The notes beneath the pieces were generated by a model. That model saw only the letters and a program-made list of their open reading frames with translations, ran no database searches and was not told the origin of the DNA. This document shows positions 39,495 to 49,355 of a stretch of DNA of 64,000 nucleotides, piece by piece (positions within the stretch are counted from its first letter, which is position 1; every line of letters starts with the position of its first letter). A program made the position numbers and the translations under genes. Location: the NCBI GenBank assembly GCA_965238175.1, contig CBDEGZ010000003.1, positions 96,001 to 160,000 of the forward strand, given 5' to 3'. The stretch comes from Gammaproteobacteria bacterium. GTDB taxonomy: Bacteria > Pseudomonadota > Gammaproteobacteria > CAJXQU01.

Positions 39495-40019
39495 ATGAAA
39501 AGCCTAACAGCTTTATCTTTAAGTATCGGTGTACTTGGTGGTGCTGCAACATGGCTGGCACTTGGTCCACTGGCAGGAATAATTTTGATCTGGGCGGTCT
39601 TTGTAGCCTGGGCAACATTTTTTGCTGTTGGTGGCGATAATAACGCGTTGGTGAATACTATCGTTTGTGGAATCTTTGGTGCAATTTGTGCCTGGATCGC
39701 TGCATTTATCATCTTGAAAGTACCAATGGCAGAAAGTTTAGGTTTGCCTGTTTGGGCTTCCATTGTCGTTGCTATTACAGTGTTCGTTATGTGCTTGGCT
39801 GCTAATATTCCCGCTTTAGCAACGATTCCTGCCAGTGTATTAGGTTATGCGGGTACTTTTGCTTTCTTATTACAAACCCCCGATAAATTAAGTGTAGAAA
39901 ACTTAATGAGTTCAGTTCCAGCCAATAATGCTTTGATCACGATTGCAGCTTCACTGGTGATTGGCGCGATCTTTGGTATGGTTTCAGGCAAGCTTGCTGG
40001 AGCATTAACAAGTGATTAA
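39495..40019 (+). CDS. DUF1097-family membrane protein
   Basis: Hydrophobic 174 aa; WAVFVAWATFFAVGG, IPASVLGYA. Confidence 0.75.
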   Translation: MKSLTALSLSIGVLGGAATWLALGPLAGIILIWAVFVAWATFFAVGGDNNALVNTIVCGIFGAICAWIAAFIILKVPMAESLGLPVWASIVVAITVFVMCLAANIPALATIPASVLGYAGTFAFLLQTPDKLSVENLMSSVPANNALITIAASLVIGAIFGMVSGKLAGALTSD

Positions 40020-40050
40020 TTCGATTTGATAATTAAGTCGTAATCACATC

Positions 40051-40084
40051 AAAAAAAACCCAGTTTTAAAGCTAGGTTTTTTTT
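40051..40084. terminator. Bidirectional Rho-independent terminator
   Basis: A8-CCCAGT-loop-GCTAGG-T8. Confidence 0.7.
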
Positions 40085-40279
40085 GAGCAAAATTCCTACA
40101 AAAATGAGCTAAAAAAACCAAGATCTGTGATGTAACGATCAGAAAATTAAGCTTGCTCAGAATGAGATGGGCAAACGGATAATTCGTATTAATAGACATA
40201 CAATTTTGGTAGCGGAGGGAAAATTAAAATTCCTGATTAGTTTCAAATCTAATCAATCATCTTCGACATCAAATTTAGG

Positions 40280-41014
40280 ATGTTTCGTGATAAAGTTTCA
40301 TCTATGAAACTCAATAATAAAAAATTTATCCTTTGTACAATTTTATTAACACTTACCGCTTGCAGTCAGTCGGATGTCGAATATTTCCCATTGGCGGCGG
40401 GTAAAACCTGGCAATATCAGGTGGTAATGCACGATATGGATCTTGAAAAAAAGTACAAACAATTTTATACAAATCAGTCGCCAGTCGAGATCGACGGAAA
40501 TAAAATTTTTCCTAGAAAGGTCAACGATGGCACCCAATATTATTATGAACATTCTGATCAAGGTATTCGTCGAGTTGGTGCAAAAAGAAAGTTAGATATC
40601 AATACAACGCTAGAGAAACAAGATCATTTTGCGATCAAATTTCCAATAGAAATTGGCACCAGTTGGGAGCAAGAGTCGGTTACTGCAATACTTGAAGTGG
40701 TTATCGCACCATTTCGACGACACTATGCTCTGCATACACCGGTGAAAATGAAATACACCATAGACAGCCTCGAACAAAAAGTGAAGGTTGCGGCGGGCCA
40801 ATTTGAGAATTGTCTGAAAGTGGTTGGCCATGGTACGGCGCTGAGTGTGGAGGCAGAAAAGACCATTGGAACAGTCGATGTCACCGTCGAATCGTCTGAT
40901 TGGTATTGTCCAAATATCGGCTTGGTAAAGAGTCAACGCGAAGAACGAACCACGAGTACGGTGCTTGTGAAAGGTGATTTTTTAATGGAGTTAGAAAGCT
41001 TTTCAGAAGGTTAA
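40280..41014 (+). CDS. Hypothetical lipoprotein
   Basis: LTAC lipobox; YFPLAAGKTWQY, VAAGQFENC, WYCPNIGLVK motifs of beta-rich exported proteins. Confidence 0.75.
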   Translation: MFRDKVSSMKLNNKKFILCTILLTLTACSQSDVEYFPLAAGKTWQYQVVMHDMDLEKKYKQFYTNQSPVEIDGNKIFPRKVNDGTQYYYEHSDQGIRRVGAKRKLDINTTLEKQDHFAIKFPIEIGTSWEQESVTAILEVVIAPFRRHYALHTPVKMKYTIDSLEQKVKVAAGQFENCLKVVGHGTALSVEAEKTIGTVDVTVESSDWYCPNIGLVKSQREERTTSTVLVKGDFLMELESFSEG

Positions 41015-41023
41015 ATCGTAGAC

Positions 41024-41227
41024 TTATCGATCAAACTTCAACTCACGGATTTTTCGTCGTTTTTCAGTATTCTCCAAAATTTTCCTACGTTGTTGATCAT
41101 TCACCATTCCCCAGGCGGTAATTTCTGATAATGATCGAAAACAACCCATACAAACATCGTTCTCATCAAGACAACAATTTTGTACACAAGGAGATTCAAC
41201 GGTTGGTATTTCAAGCTCCATGTGCAT
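41024..41227 (-). CDS. DUF1289 small Cys-rich protein
   Basis: SPCVQNCCLD..DVCMGCFRSLSEITAW. Confidence 0.85.
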   Translation of the reverse strand: MHMELEIPTVESPCVQNCCLDENDVCMGCFRSLSEITAWGMVNDQQRRKILENTEKRRKIRELKFDR

Positions 41228-41269
41228 ATGTAAGCATTTTTGCTGGAAATGATCTATGCTTTATAGACG

Positions 41270-41719
41270 ATGGATGTTGAAACAAATCACAAACTTATCC
41301 ATAGATTAAAATCTGATATTGCAGGTTTTGAGGCCAGTTTGTTACTTGAAGAAACCAATCGGCAATATGCATTGCAGATCAACATTTTTAATCAAAATCG
41401 CAAGCTTATCGATGAAAAAGACATACTCGTTTATCTGACCGAGTTATTTAACTACTATCAGCGTCTCATCACTCCGCCGATTATTGCAGCACCACAGGTA
41501 GAGTTCGTTGATCGGTTTTCTGATCTGCAAATTAAGCGAAGTGCTCCCGGTATGGGGAAAATCAATGGTCGAACTCGATTAAAAATAATCGCATATAATC
41601 AAGCAAAGTCAGTCGGGCAGCTTTTTCGTCAACTCTATCTCAATGAAACATATGGTTTGTCTAACTATCCGCAAGGAGGTGATCTTAGTAAACTCGTCGG
41701 AAAATTATTCAAACTCTGA
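41270..41719 (+). CDS. Hypothetical protein
   Basis: 149-aa ORF filling the gap before argS; no recognised motif. Confidence 0.55.
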   Translation: MDVETNHKLIHRLKSDIAGFEASLLLEETNRQYALQINIFNQNRKLIDEKDILVYLTELFNYYQRLITPPIIAAPQVEFVDRFSDLQIKRSAPGMGKINGRTRLKIIAYNQAKSVGQLFRQLYLNETYGLSNYPQGGDLSKLVGKLFKL

Positions 41720-41778
41720 ACCACATCATTCGAAGTAACGTATAATCTTCTGCTTCAAAAATCGAACAAGATCTATTA

Positions 41779-43572
41779 ATGAGCATAGTAAATTATCTAA
41801 ACGCGCGCGCGGTTAAAGCTTTCAAAACCGAGGACATTCCTGTTGAACTAGCTGTTTTTGGTGCTAGTGATAGACCTGATCTAGCCGACTTTCAATGTAA
41901 CGGCGCATTTCAAGCTGCAAAAGCACTGCGAAAAAACCCACGTGAAATTGCTGCTGCAGTTCAGCAACACTTGGAAAGTGATCCCGCATTTGAAGAAGTC
42001 ACCGTCGCCGGTCCTGGTTTTATTAATGTTCGGCTGACCAATGAATTTATCAGTGAAAATCTCGAAAGTTTGGATTTTGAAAATGTGATCAACGAAGGCG
42101 AAACACCAGAAACGATGATCTTTGATTATGGCGGCCCAAATATCGCCAAGCCTTTGCATGTTGGTCATTTAAGATCGGCTGTCATCGGTGATGCGGTAAA
42201 GCGTATCGCACGATCATTAGGACATACAGTGATCGCCGATATTCATCTCGGAGATTGGGGTACGCCGATGGGAATGTTAATCGCGGAATTGGAACAGCGA
42301 CATCCTGATTGGCCATATTTTTCCTCAAAATTTTCAGAGACTGAAACTTCATTCCCAGAAGAATCGCCGATCAATGTTGATGATCTCAACAGCCTCTATC
42401 CTGAAGCGGCAACCCATTTTAAAGAAGATTCAGAATTTGCTGATAAAGCACGTGTAACAACGGCAGAGCTGCAAGCAGGACGAGCAGGTTATCGCGCCTT
42501 ATGGCAACACTTTGTGAACACATCTTTGAGCTCGGTGAAAAAAGATTTCACCGCTTTAGATATCAATTTTGATCTATGGCTGGGTGAGTCTCACGCCGAT
42601 GTTGCCATGCCAGAAATGATCGCAGATCTAAAACAAAAAGGGCTTGCAGTTGAAAGTGATGGAGCAACAGTTATACACGTCGCACGAGAAGATGATGATT
42701 CAGAATTCCCACCACTAATCCTCGAAAAAACCGGTGGTGGTGTTACTTATGGAGCCACCGATCTGGCGACGATTTATCAACGTGTGAATCAGCATAAAAC
42801 GGAGCAAAAAGAAAAAATTGATCGTATTGTCTACATTGTTGATCAGCGACAATCGTTACATTTCAAACAAGTTTTTCGAGCAGCTGCACTGGCCGGATAT
42901 ATTGAAGAAGATCGCTTGGAGCATCTTGGTTTCGGAACCGTAAATGGGCCAGATGGAAAACCCTTCAAAACCCGCGAAGGTGGTGTTATGCGTCTTTCCG
43001 ATCTGTTACAAATGGCGCGCGATGAAGTCGCAAAAAAAATGGGTATAGTTGGTAAGAATGACGAAAATCTAACCAATATGGCGGAATCAATCGCCATGGC
43101 GGCGGTGAAGTATGGTGACCTCTCAACGCAAAGATTGGCTGATTATATTTTTGATACTTCAGCCTTCGTAAAACTTGACGGTAAAACCGGACCTTATATT
43201 CAGTATGCAGCCGTCCGAGTACAATCTTTGTTAGATAAAGCCGCTGAGAATGATCTAACGCCCGGATCAAAAATTACCTTAGAAGCACCCGAAGAAAGAG
43301 CACTGGCTTTATTATTATTAGAGTATCCCATAGTGCTACAACGCGCTCATGCTCGACGTATGCCGAGCGACTTATGCGAACATGTTTACAACATTGCACA
43401 AGCCTATAGTCGCTTCTATCAAAACTGCCCGGTCATGACCGCAGATTCAAAACAGCAAAGCGAATCACGACTCGCACTTAGCCAACTTTGTCGTCAAGAT
43501 ATTGTGGCGTGCATGGATAAGTTAGGGATAGTTATTCCTGATCGGATGGTGACGTTTGATCAAGAGGAATGA
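41779..43572 (+). CDS. argS: Arginine--tRNA ligase
   Basis: DFQCN, VAGPGFIN, PNIAKPLHVGHLRS, GDWGT, FKTREG, PYIQYA. Confidence 0.96.
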   Translation: MSIVNYLNARAVKAFKTEDIPVELAVFGASDRPDLADFQCNGAFQAAKALRKNPREIAAAVQQHLESDPAFEEVTVAGPGFINVRLTNEFISENLESLDFENVINEGETPETMIFDYGGPNIAKPLHVGHLRSAVIGDAVKRIARSLGHTVIADIHLGDWGTPMGMLIAELEQRHPDWPYFSSKFSETETSFPEESPINVDDLNSLYPEAATHFKEDSEFADKARVTTAELQAGRAGYRALWQHFVNTSLSSVKKDFTALDINFDLWLGESHADVAMPEMIADLKQKGLAVESDGATVIHVAREDDDSEFPPLILEKTGGGVTYGATDLATIYQRVNQHKTEQKEKIDRIVYIVDQRQSLHFKQVFRAAALAGYIEEDRLEHLGFGTVNGPDGKPFKTREGGVMRLSDLLQMARDEVAKKMGIVGKNDENLTNMAESIAMAAVKYGDLSTQRLADYIFDTSAFVKLDGKTGPYIQYAAVRVQSLLDKAAENDLTPGSKITLEAPEERALALLLLEYPIVLQRAHARRMPSDLCEHVYNIAQAYSRFYQNCPVMTADSKQQSESRLALSQLCRQDIVACMDKLGIVIPDRMVTFDQEE

Positions 43573-43624
43573 AGAAATATCACTCTTTTGTCATTAATAT
43601 TTTTGTATCTCTTGATCAAATAAT

Positions 43625-44359
43625 ATGACTGAAGAACATACAATTAGAGAGCTTGAAATTTACTTTGAATTTATAAAAGTCAGGAAATGGGATCCTGAGA
43701 ATGTGCATTATCAAAAAAAAAGAACCTCCCGAACCAGATCTTCTAGTCCATGACCAAAGTGGAAATATATTTTCAGTGGAACTGGTAGAAATTTTAGGTC
43801 AAGACTATATGGGGCCACTTGGAAAGACTTTTAAAATCAAAAGTTATCTCAACGATTATTTTGAAAGTTTAGAACAAAAAGAAAAGTCCTATTTTTTAGA
43901 AAAATACGGTAATGTGCAATTTTATTTGAGCTTTGAAGCAAGCTCCTCTTACAAACAAAGGTGCTCGGTTGTACCACAGCTTTTTGAGTATCTTTCCAAA
44001 CTGGATGATAACTTCGCTGAAGAACATTCTTTGCATACTATGAAAGAGTTTCCGTTTTTAAATTCAATTAAAATTTATAGACTTAATATTAATGGACCTC
44101 TTTTTGATATCGAATGTACTTCTTCTATATCTGATCCAACTGTACTCGTTCTAAAAAAGAAGTTTGGTAAATCATACCAATCTCAGTATCCTATTGAATT
44201 ACTTGCATACATTAAGAACCAGCCAATGGTACCACCAGAAATATGGAAGCATAATCTCAAAATATTTCTCCAAAAGAAAAAAACGGGCCATTTGATAGGA
44301 TATGGGTTTTTGATGTAAATAGAAAATCAATTGAAGCTGTATATTCCAAACTTGATTGA
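43625..44359 (+). pseudogene. Hypothetical protein (PD-(D/E)xK-like motif) split by two poly-A frameshifts
   Basis: MTEEHTIRELEIY...YQKK joins KEPPEPDLL..ELVE if A9 (43713-43721) is read as A8; C-terminal GPFDRIWVFD...* joins if A7 (44277-44283) is read as A8. Confidence 0.55.
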
Positions 44360-44428
44360 TTTAGTTTAGGTCGGATTGTTCTACGCTATTCCGGCGTACA
44401 TTTTGTTCGTATTAATTACCATTAGGCG

Positions 44429-44831
44429 TTATTTTTTCATTGTCACTGTTCGTAGCCACAAGTGTTCAACAAAAGGAAGAAAATCTCGATCAGAAAATAA
44501 CAACGGGAGTTTATTTCTAATGCAAAAAGTTGCGATGATCACGTCCGCTGTTTTTCTTATTGTGATCCCTTTCTTTCTTAGTTTCCGGTAGTTTTCAGCA
44601 GACTTTATTGCATTTTCGTGACCAAGTATTTCATATTGATGTAACGAGGCCAGGTGTTTTTTGGCGGCAGAATAATCTTTGTCGGATTGAAAATCCTTGT
44701 AGGATCTCAACGAGAATCAAATCACCAATAGCGACTACTTCAGATCCCAGAGCCTGATCAAGTGTTGCAGTTTCGAGTGTATCTTGACCATTGAAATAGT
44801 CGATCCAAACGCTCGTGTCGACTATGATCAT
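44429..44831 (-). pseudogene. vapC: VapC PIN-domain toxin with +1 frameshift
   Basis: MIIVDTSVWIDY...EILQGF in one frame and QSDKD...KTADVIIATFC...SDRDF in another; removing one T from the T4 at 44690-44693 restores a single ORF. Confidence 0.85.
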
Positions 44832-45022
44832 TTAGTGGATCTCATGTCTTTCAGATCACCTTCCCATTTGATATTACCGCGTAAGGTTTTTATGTCGGAT
44901 TGCTTGCGTAGCTTTACTAATAGCTTTAAACCTTCTTCTACAACTTCCTTCTTGGTTTGTGATCCACTGGCTTTGAGAGCATCGGCCATGAGTTTATCGT
45001 CTATAACAATGTTAGTTCGCAT
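44828..45022 (-). CDS. vapB: VapB antitoxin (DUF2191-type)
   Basis: MRTNIVIDDKLM...TKKEVVEEGL...WEGDLKDMR; 4-nt overlap with vapC start. Confidence 0.88.
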   Translation of the reverse strand: MRTNIVIDDKLMADALKASGSQTKKEVVEEGLKLLVKLRKQSDIKTLRGNIKWEGDLKDMRSTK

Positions 45023-45381
45023 TTTGCACCTATATGTATAAATTATTTATTAATACACATTTTAGTTTGGTTTGAAAATATAACAAGTCGATCTTATTAA
45101 GAACTATTTCTAGTTTAATGTTTGGGGAAACTGCCCAGACCTGTTTTTGCTCCTCGTTAGCTGTCTACATCGACAATCAGAGTACCTTCGATTGGGCAAA
45201 TATGAACCGCGCTTAAATAAACATTGACGAGATCTAATTCACTTTTATCAGGAATCAAAGCTGTCCTGATTATACTTCATCAAAACGTTAGTTCAGTAAT
45301 CAATTCTTTTATGATCTTTTGTATACTATCTTTTAAAATAACGTTTTCTATCACTAACTAAAATAATAAAAGGAGTCATAG

Positions 45382-46323
45382 ATGGCCGGTAGTAGTTTGT
45401 TTGCTTTAATAGATGATATTGCAACAATTCTTGATGATGTTGCTTTGATGACAAAGGTTGCGGCGAAAAAAACCGCAGGTGTTTTAGGTGATGATCTGGC
45501 GCTTAATGCGGAACAGGTTTCGGGTGTAAAAGCCGATCGTGAATTACCGGTAGTTTGGGCAGTTGCGAAAGGTTCGTTCGTTAACAAGTTGATTCTGGTA
45601 CCGGCAGCACTTGCGATAAGTGCGTTTATTCCCTGGCTGATTACACCTTTGCTAATGGTCGGTGGTGCTTATTTATGTTTTGAAGGTGTTGAAAAACTGG
45701 CGCATAAGTTTGGACATCACGAGGAAGAGGATCAAGCACATCATGATGAAATTGCCCAAGCATTGGTTGATCAAAATGTTGATATGGTGGCCTTTGAAGA
45801 AGAAAAAATAAAAGGTGCGATCCGTACCGATTTTGTACTTTCTGCCGAGATAATCGTTATCGCTTTAGGGACGGTTAAAGAAGCAGCCTTTTCTTCTCAA
45901 GTCGCCGTTGTTTGTGCAATCGCTATGATCATGACAATTGGTGTTTATGGACTTGTTGCAGGAATTGTTAAGCTCGATGATGGTGGATTATTATTGATCA
46001 AATCCACTGCACAAAATGCCTGGGGTGGTTTCAAACGCTGGTTGGGTAAAACGATTTTATGGTTTGCTCCTTTTTTGATGAAAACTCTTTCTGTGGTTGG
46101 AACGGCGGCAATGTTTTTAGTTGGCGGTGGTATTCTGGTGCATGGAATCCCAGAGAGTTACGCACACTACTTACATGTAGAAGAAGCGGCTAAACAATTA
46201 CCGATGATTGGTAGCCTTGCCGCCGCTATTGGACCGATGTTGGTAAATGCAATTGTTGGTATTATTGCCGGTGCAATAGTTTTAGTTATTGTCAGTTTAA
46301 TCCAAAAGATTATGGACAAATAA
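45382..46323 (+). CDS. DUF808 (YedI-like) inner membrane protein
   Basis: MAGSSLFALIDDIA, KKTAGVLGDDLALNAEQV, RELPVVW, IRTDFVLSAEI. Confidence 0.9.
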   Translation: MAGSSLFALIDDIATILDDVALMTKVAAKKTAGVLGDDLALNAEQVSGVKADRELPVVWAVAKGSFVNKLILVPAALAISAFIPWLITPLLMVGGAYLCFEGVEKLAHKFGHHEEEDQAHHDEIAQALVDQNVDMVAFEEEKIKGAIRTDFVLSAEIIVIALGTVKEAAFSSQVAVVCAIAMIMTIGVYGLVAGIVKLDDGGLLLIKSTAQNAWGGFKRWLGKTILWFAPFLMKTLSVVGTAAMFLVGGGILVHGIPESYAHYLHVEEAAKQLPMIGSLAAAIGPMLVNAIVGIIAGAIVLVIVSLIQKIMDK

Positions 46324-47047
46324 CCGGAATAGACTTCACTAGTTCAATTTCCACAGGTGAAATTTTTGCAGAATAAGCAATCGCTTCAACACCAGAATTG
46401 ATCGCTGTTCGTAATAGTTGGCCATATTCTGGATCGATTTTATCAGCCGGTCGCACTTCTTCAACATCATTACGTTGCACGCAATAAAAAATGATCGCTC
46501 GTTTACCTTGTTCGACCATTGTTTGTAGTTCACGCAAATGTTTGCTGCCGCGTTTGGTTACGGCATCTGGAAAGTAGGCAATGTTATCTTCAACGAGGGT
46601 GACATTTTTTACTTCAACGTAACAATCTTGTTTTTCTTCACCTTCAGGCTGTTGATCAATTAACATCAGATCTATTCGACTATTTTCTATGCCATATTTC
46701 ACTTCATGCCGGATTTGATCATAGCCCTGTAACTCGGTAATGATTTCATTTTTGATCGCTTCTTCTACTAAAAAATTGCTGAGATGTGTGTTGATTCCGA
46801 CAAGCACGTTTGGTTTTGTTTCAACCATTTCCCACGAGTATGGATATTTTCGATCAGGATTTTTTGTGTCCCTTAACCAAACTGTAGAACCCTGTTCACT
46901 ACAACCTCGCATCGAACCTGTATTAGGAGTGTGTGCAGTAATTTGGTCACCATTTTCAAGAATAATATCCGCCAGGAAGCGTTTGTAACGTTTGATCAAG
47001 GTTCCTTTGATCAATGGTGATTTAAATTCCATAACTTTATTTCTCAC
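46310..47047 (-). CDS. sfsA: DNA/RNA nuclease SfsA
   Basis: RYKRFLAD, HTPNTGSM, SRID, YVEVKNVTL, FPDAVTKRGSKHL. Confidence 0.94.
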   Translation of the reverse strand: MRNKVMEFKSPLIKGTLIKRYKRFLADIILENGDQITAHTPNTGSMRGCSEQGSTVWLRDTKNPDRKYPYSWEMVETKPNVLVGINTHLSNFLVEEAIKNEIITELQGYDQIRHEVKYGIENSRIDLMLIDQQPEGEEKQDCYVEVKNVTLVEDNIAYFPDAVTKRGSKHLRELQTMVEQGKRAIIFYCVQRNDVEEVRPADKIDPEYGQLLRTAINSGVEAIAYSAKISPVEIELVKSIPVICP

Positions 47048-47101
47048 TTTTTTATTTTATGAAAGATAACATAGGTTGTTTTATGGATAATCGATCTTTA
47101 T

Positions 47102-47139
47102 AAAAAAATGGCCAGAGAGATAGTTCTCTCTGGCCAAAT
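47102..47139 (-). terminator. Rho-independent terminator after the pspA-like operon
   Basis: TGGCCAGAGAGA/TCTCTCTGGCCA 12-bp stem followed by a T7 run on the minus strand. Confidence 0.85.
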
Positions 47140-47171
47140 TGATAACAATACAGATTAAAAAAAGATCTGTA

Positions 47172-48566
47172 TTACTCTTGTGATACCGCTTGTTTCCAAT
47201 TGGTAAGTTTCAATTTGATAGTCGCGCCGTGACGTTCAAGTATGGATGCGATCACAATGGCAGATGCACCAGTAATTGCAAAACCCAGCCAACCACTGTT
47301 CATAAATATTTCAAATATCTCTTGTAGACCATAATAGATGCTCATCAAAGTAGTAGAAATACCCAATAAGCTCAGTAGTTTTATTTGTGATCGTAAACCA
47401 AAATAAACCAAACCAAGACCAGACGCGAAACCAAGAATTACACTCGCCGCTGTGTCATAACTCAACAGGTTTATTGTCACTATTGTCGCGATCAAAAATG
47501 ATGCAATTATTGTATTCAGTGTTCCAATATTCTTTCTACTGGTACGTTGTGAGAAGTCATATATAAAGACAGCAAGAATAATAACCGCTAGGGTTGCCAC
47601 TAGATCATGTTGTACAAAATTTTCAAAAAAGTTAAATGCAGAAAACATAAACGAATAAGCAACAGGTATAGACAAGATCTCAAGACCCGCACGAAGTACT
47701 GAAACTTCTTTCAACATCATAGAGATCTGGCGTAAAGTGATAAAAGCACATGCACTTAAAGTTAGTTCTAATACTATGTCGAACTCATACAGGAACAGAC
47801 TACGGACAATTAATAATATTGCTGGCACAATCAGCAGTGCAAGAGAAAACTTACCTTCAAACGTTGTCAGTGTAGAGTCTTGTTTGTATAGTTGTTGAAT
47901 AATATATGCCGCATAAAATGTTGCCACAATGATCAGTACACCTGTGGCAAGTGAGCCACGTAATGGCAGTAACAAAAGACTGTTTAAAGCAAGAAAGTTG
48001 ATAGTCAACATCTTTGCCGAGCGTCTTGCCATAATCGTAAAACTAAACAGGGTAACGATACTCAATAGTAATAATGCACCGCCTGCGACAAAGCTAACCA
48101 TACTTGGGTTGATTATTTTCCAGCTTGCAAATTCAGGATAGTTAATCAATGAACCATCCCATTGTGTAACGGAATAAATCAGTGCGCCTAAAATAGTAAA
48201 GTTAGCGGGGATGGAAACCAGTGATAACCCAAAAAATAGCCGCGCACCTTTGTTCTCTTTGAGCAAATAGCTCATTAAAAAACCACCGCCTGCCAGCAGG
48301 CCCGTCTGGGTTAATAATTTCAAGTATCGTTGAATATCATTTCCATCACTCCATCCTTGCAAGAGAAACATCGACATAGATGCAATCATGATCATTGCAC
48401 CAAGAATTCTTAGAATCTCTGAGATGGTCGCAAACTCTTTAATGATTGCGATCACTTTTGTCATCTTTGATGGTTGTTGTTCGTGATCAATTTCTTGTCT
48501 TTCGTAAATATGATTTTCTGTCACTGCAGGTATATCCTGCGGTGCGAATTCAATTTGAGTGGTCAT
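47172..48566 (-). CDS. Polytopic membrane protein of unknown function
   Basis: 464 aa, many hydrophobic segments; starts 3 nt after the PspA-like gene. Confidence 0.75.
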   Translation of the reverse strand: MTTQIEFAPQDIPAVTENHIYERQEIDHEQQPSKMTKVIAIIKEFATISEILRILGAMIMIASMSMFLLQGWSDGNDIQRYLKLLTQTGLLAGGGFLMSYLLKENKGARLFFGLSLVSIPANFTILGALIYSVTQWDGSLINYPEFASWKIINPSMVSFVAGGALLLLSIVTLFSFTIMARRSAKMLTINFLALNSLLLLPLRGSLATGVLIIVATFYAAYIIQQLYKQDSTLTTFEGKFSLALLIVPAILLIVRSLFLYEFDIVLELTLSACAFITLRQISMMLKEVSVLRAGLEILSIPVAYSFMFSAFNFFENFVQHDLVATLAVIILAVFIYDFSQRTSRKNIGTLNTIIASFLIATIVTINLLSYDTAASVILGFASGLGLVYFGLRSQIKLLSLLGISTTLMSIYYGLQEIFEIFMNSGWLGFAITGASAIVIASILERHGATIKLKLTNWKQAVSQE

Positions 48567-48569
48567 TTT

Positions 48570-49217
48570 TTACTGCTCCTTATTGTGCAATAAAGCCTCA
48601 AGTTCCATCTTAAGACTGTCTTTTTCTTCCTGTTGGAGAAACTCGTATTCAAGAACATTGGTTGTTGAAGCCTGCTCCACTGTGATCTCTGTTTCAGCCA
48701 GGCTAATTTCCCAACGATCAAAAGTATCTTCGATCTCTGATTGCGCACCACCTTCCAGATGACTGATCACTCGCATCGCTTCAGCGGCTGATTGACGTGA
48801 GCGCATGGCATTGCGTTGCTGACTCATGTCTGTGATACGGCTTTCTATTTTGGTGAGATTTTCGCGCACATTTTTTTCAACTTCTTCGTACTTACGAAAG
48901 GACTGTTGCAAATTGTCGAGAGTGGTTTCGCAATGTTTTTTTTGTTTTAAACATTGCAATGCCTTTTCTTGATCAGATTCTGCGACTGACATAGCACGAT
49001 CAGTCCAAAGGGTAATATCCTGCTTTGTTTTTTCCCGTTTTTGCTGAAGGTTCTCACCATCACGCTGGACTCTCGTTAAATGTACTCGTGTGCGCGCTGC
49101 GGCCTGCCGGGTTTCTTTGATCGAAGCTTCAATGATCGCATCATGGTTTTCTACCCGTGAGACAGCCTGGTCTACAGATGCAGAAACAGTGGCAGAAATT
49201 CTTTTAAATAAGCTCAT
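48570..49217 (-). CDS. PspA/IM30-family protein
   Basis: MSLFKRISATVSASVDQAVSRVEN amphipathic start, long coiled coil, FDRWE; start after GAGGA. Confidence 0.82.
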   Translation of the reverse strand: MSLFKRISATVSASVDQAVSRVENHDAIIEASIKETRQAAARTRVHLTRVQRDGENLQQKREKTKQDITLWTDRAMSVAESDQEKALQCLKQKKHCETTLDNLQQSFRKYEEVEKNVRENLTKIESRITDMSQQRNAMRSRQSAAEAMRVISHLEGGAQSEIEDTFDRWEISLAETEITVEQASTTNVLEYEFLQQEEKDSLKMELEALLHNKEQ

Positions 49218-49293
49218 AACAGATTCCTCTTTTATTAATGAATGGAAGTATGAGTTTGGCAGCAAAGCATTAAATATAAAACTAAAATAATAA

Positions 49294-49336
49294 AAGTACG
49301 CTATAATTTACTATAAAGTATAGATATACAGTACTT
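49294..49336. promoter_or_regulatory. Inverted-repeat operator candidate between the PspA-like gene and the divergent regulator
   Basis: AAGTAC...GTACTT outer repeat enclosing TACT-ATAA-AGTA; overlaps a TATAAT. Confidence 0.45.
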
Positions 49337-49355
49337 AATGATAAGTCAGGAGCCT

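Noticed and set aside
40207-40218. TGGTAGCGGAGG, reverse complement of a tRNA-like 3' end (possible att remnant)
   Set aside because: Only 12 bp, no tRNA body or integrase nearby
45077-45162. attC-like site (ATATAAC ... GTTAGCT) beside vapBC
   Set aside because: Outer boxes are plausible but the inner L boxes do not pair and no integrase or second clear attC is visible; an attC covariance-model hit would reopen it
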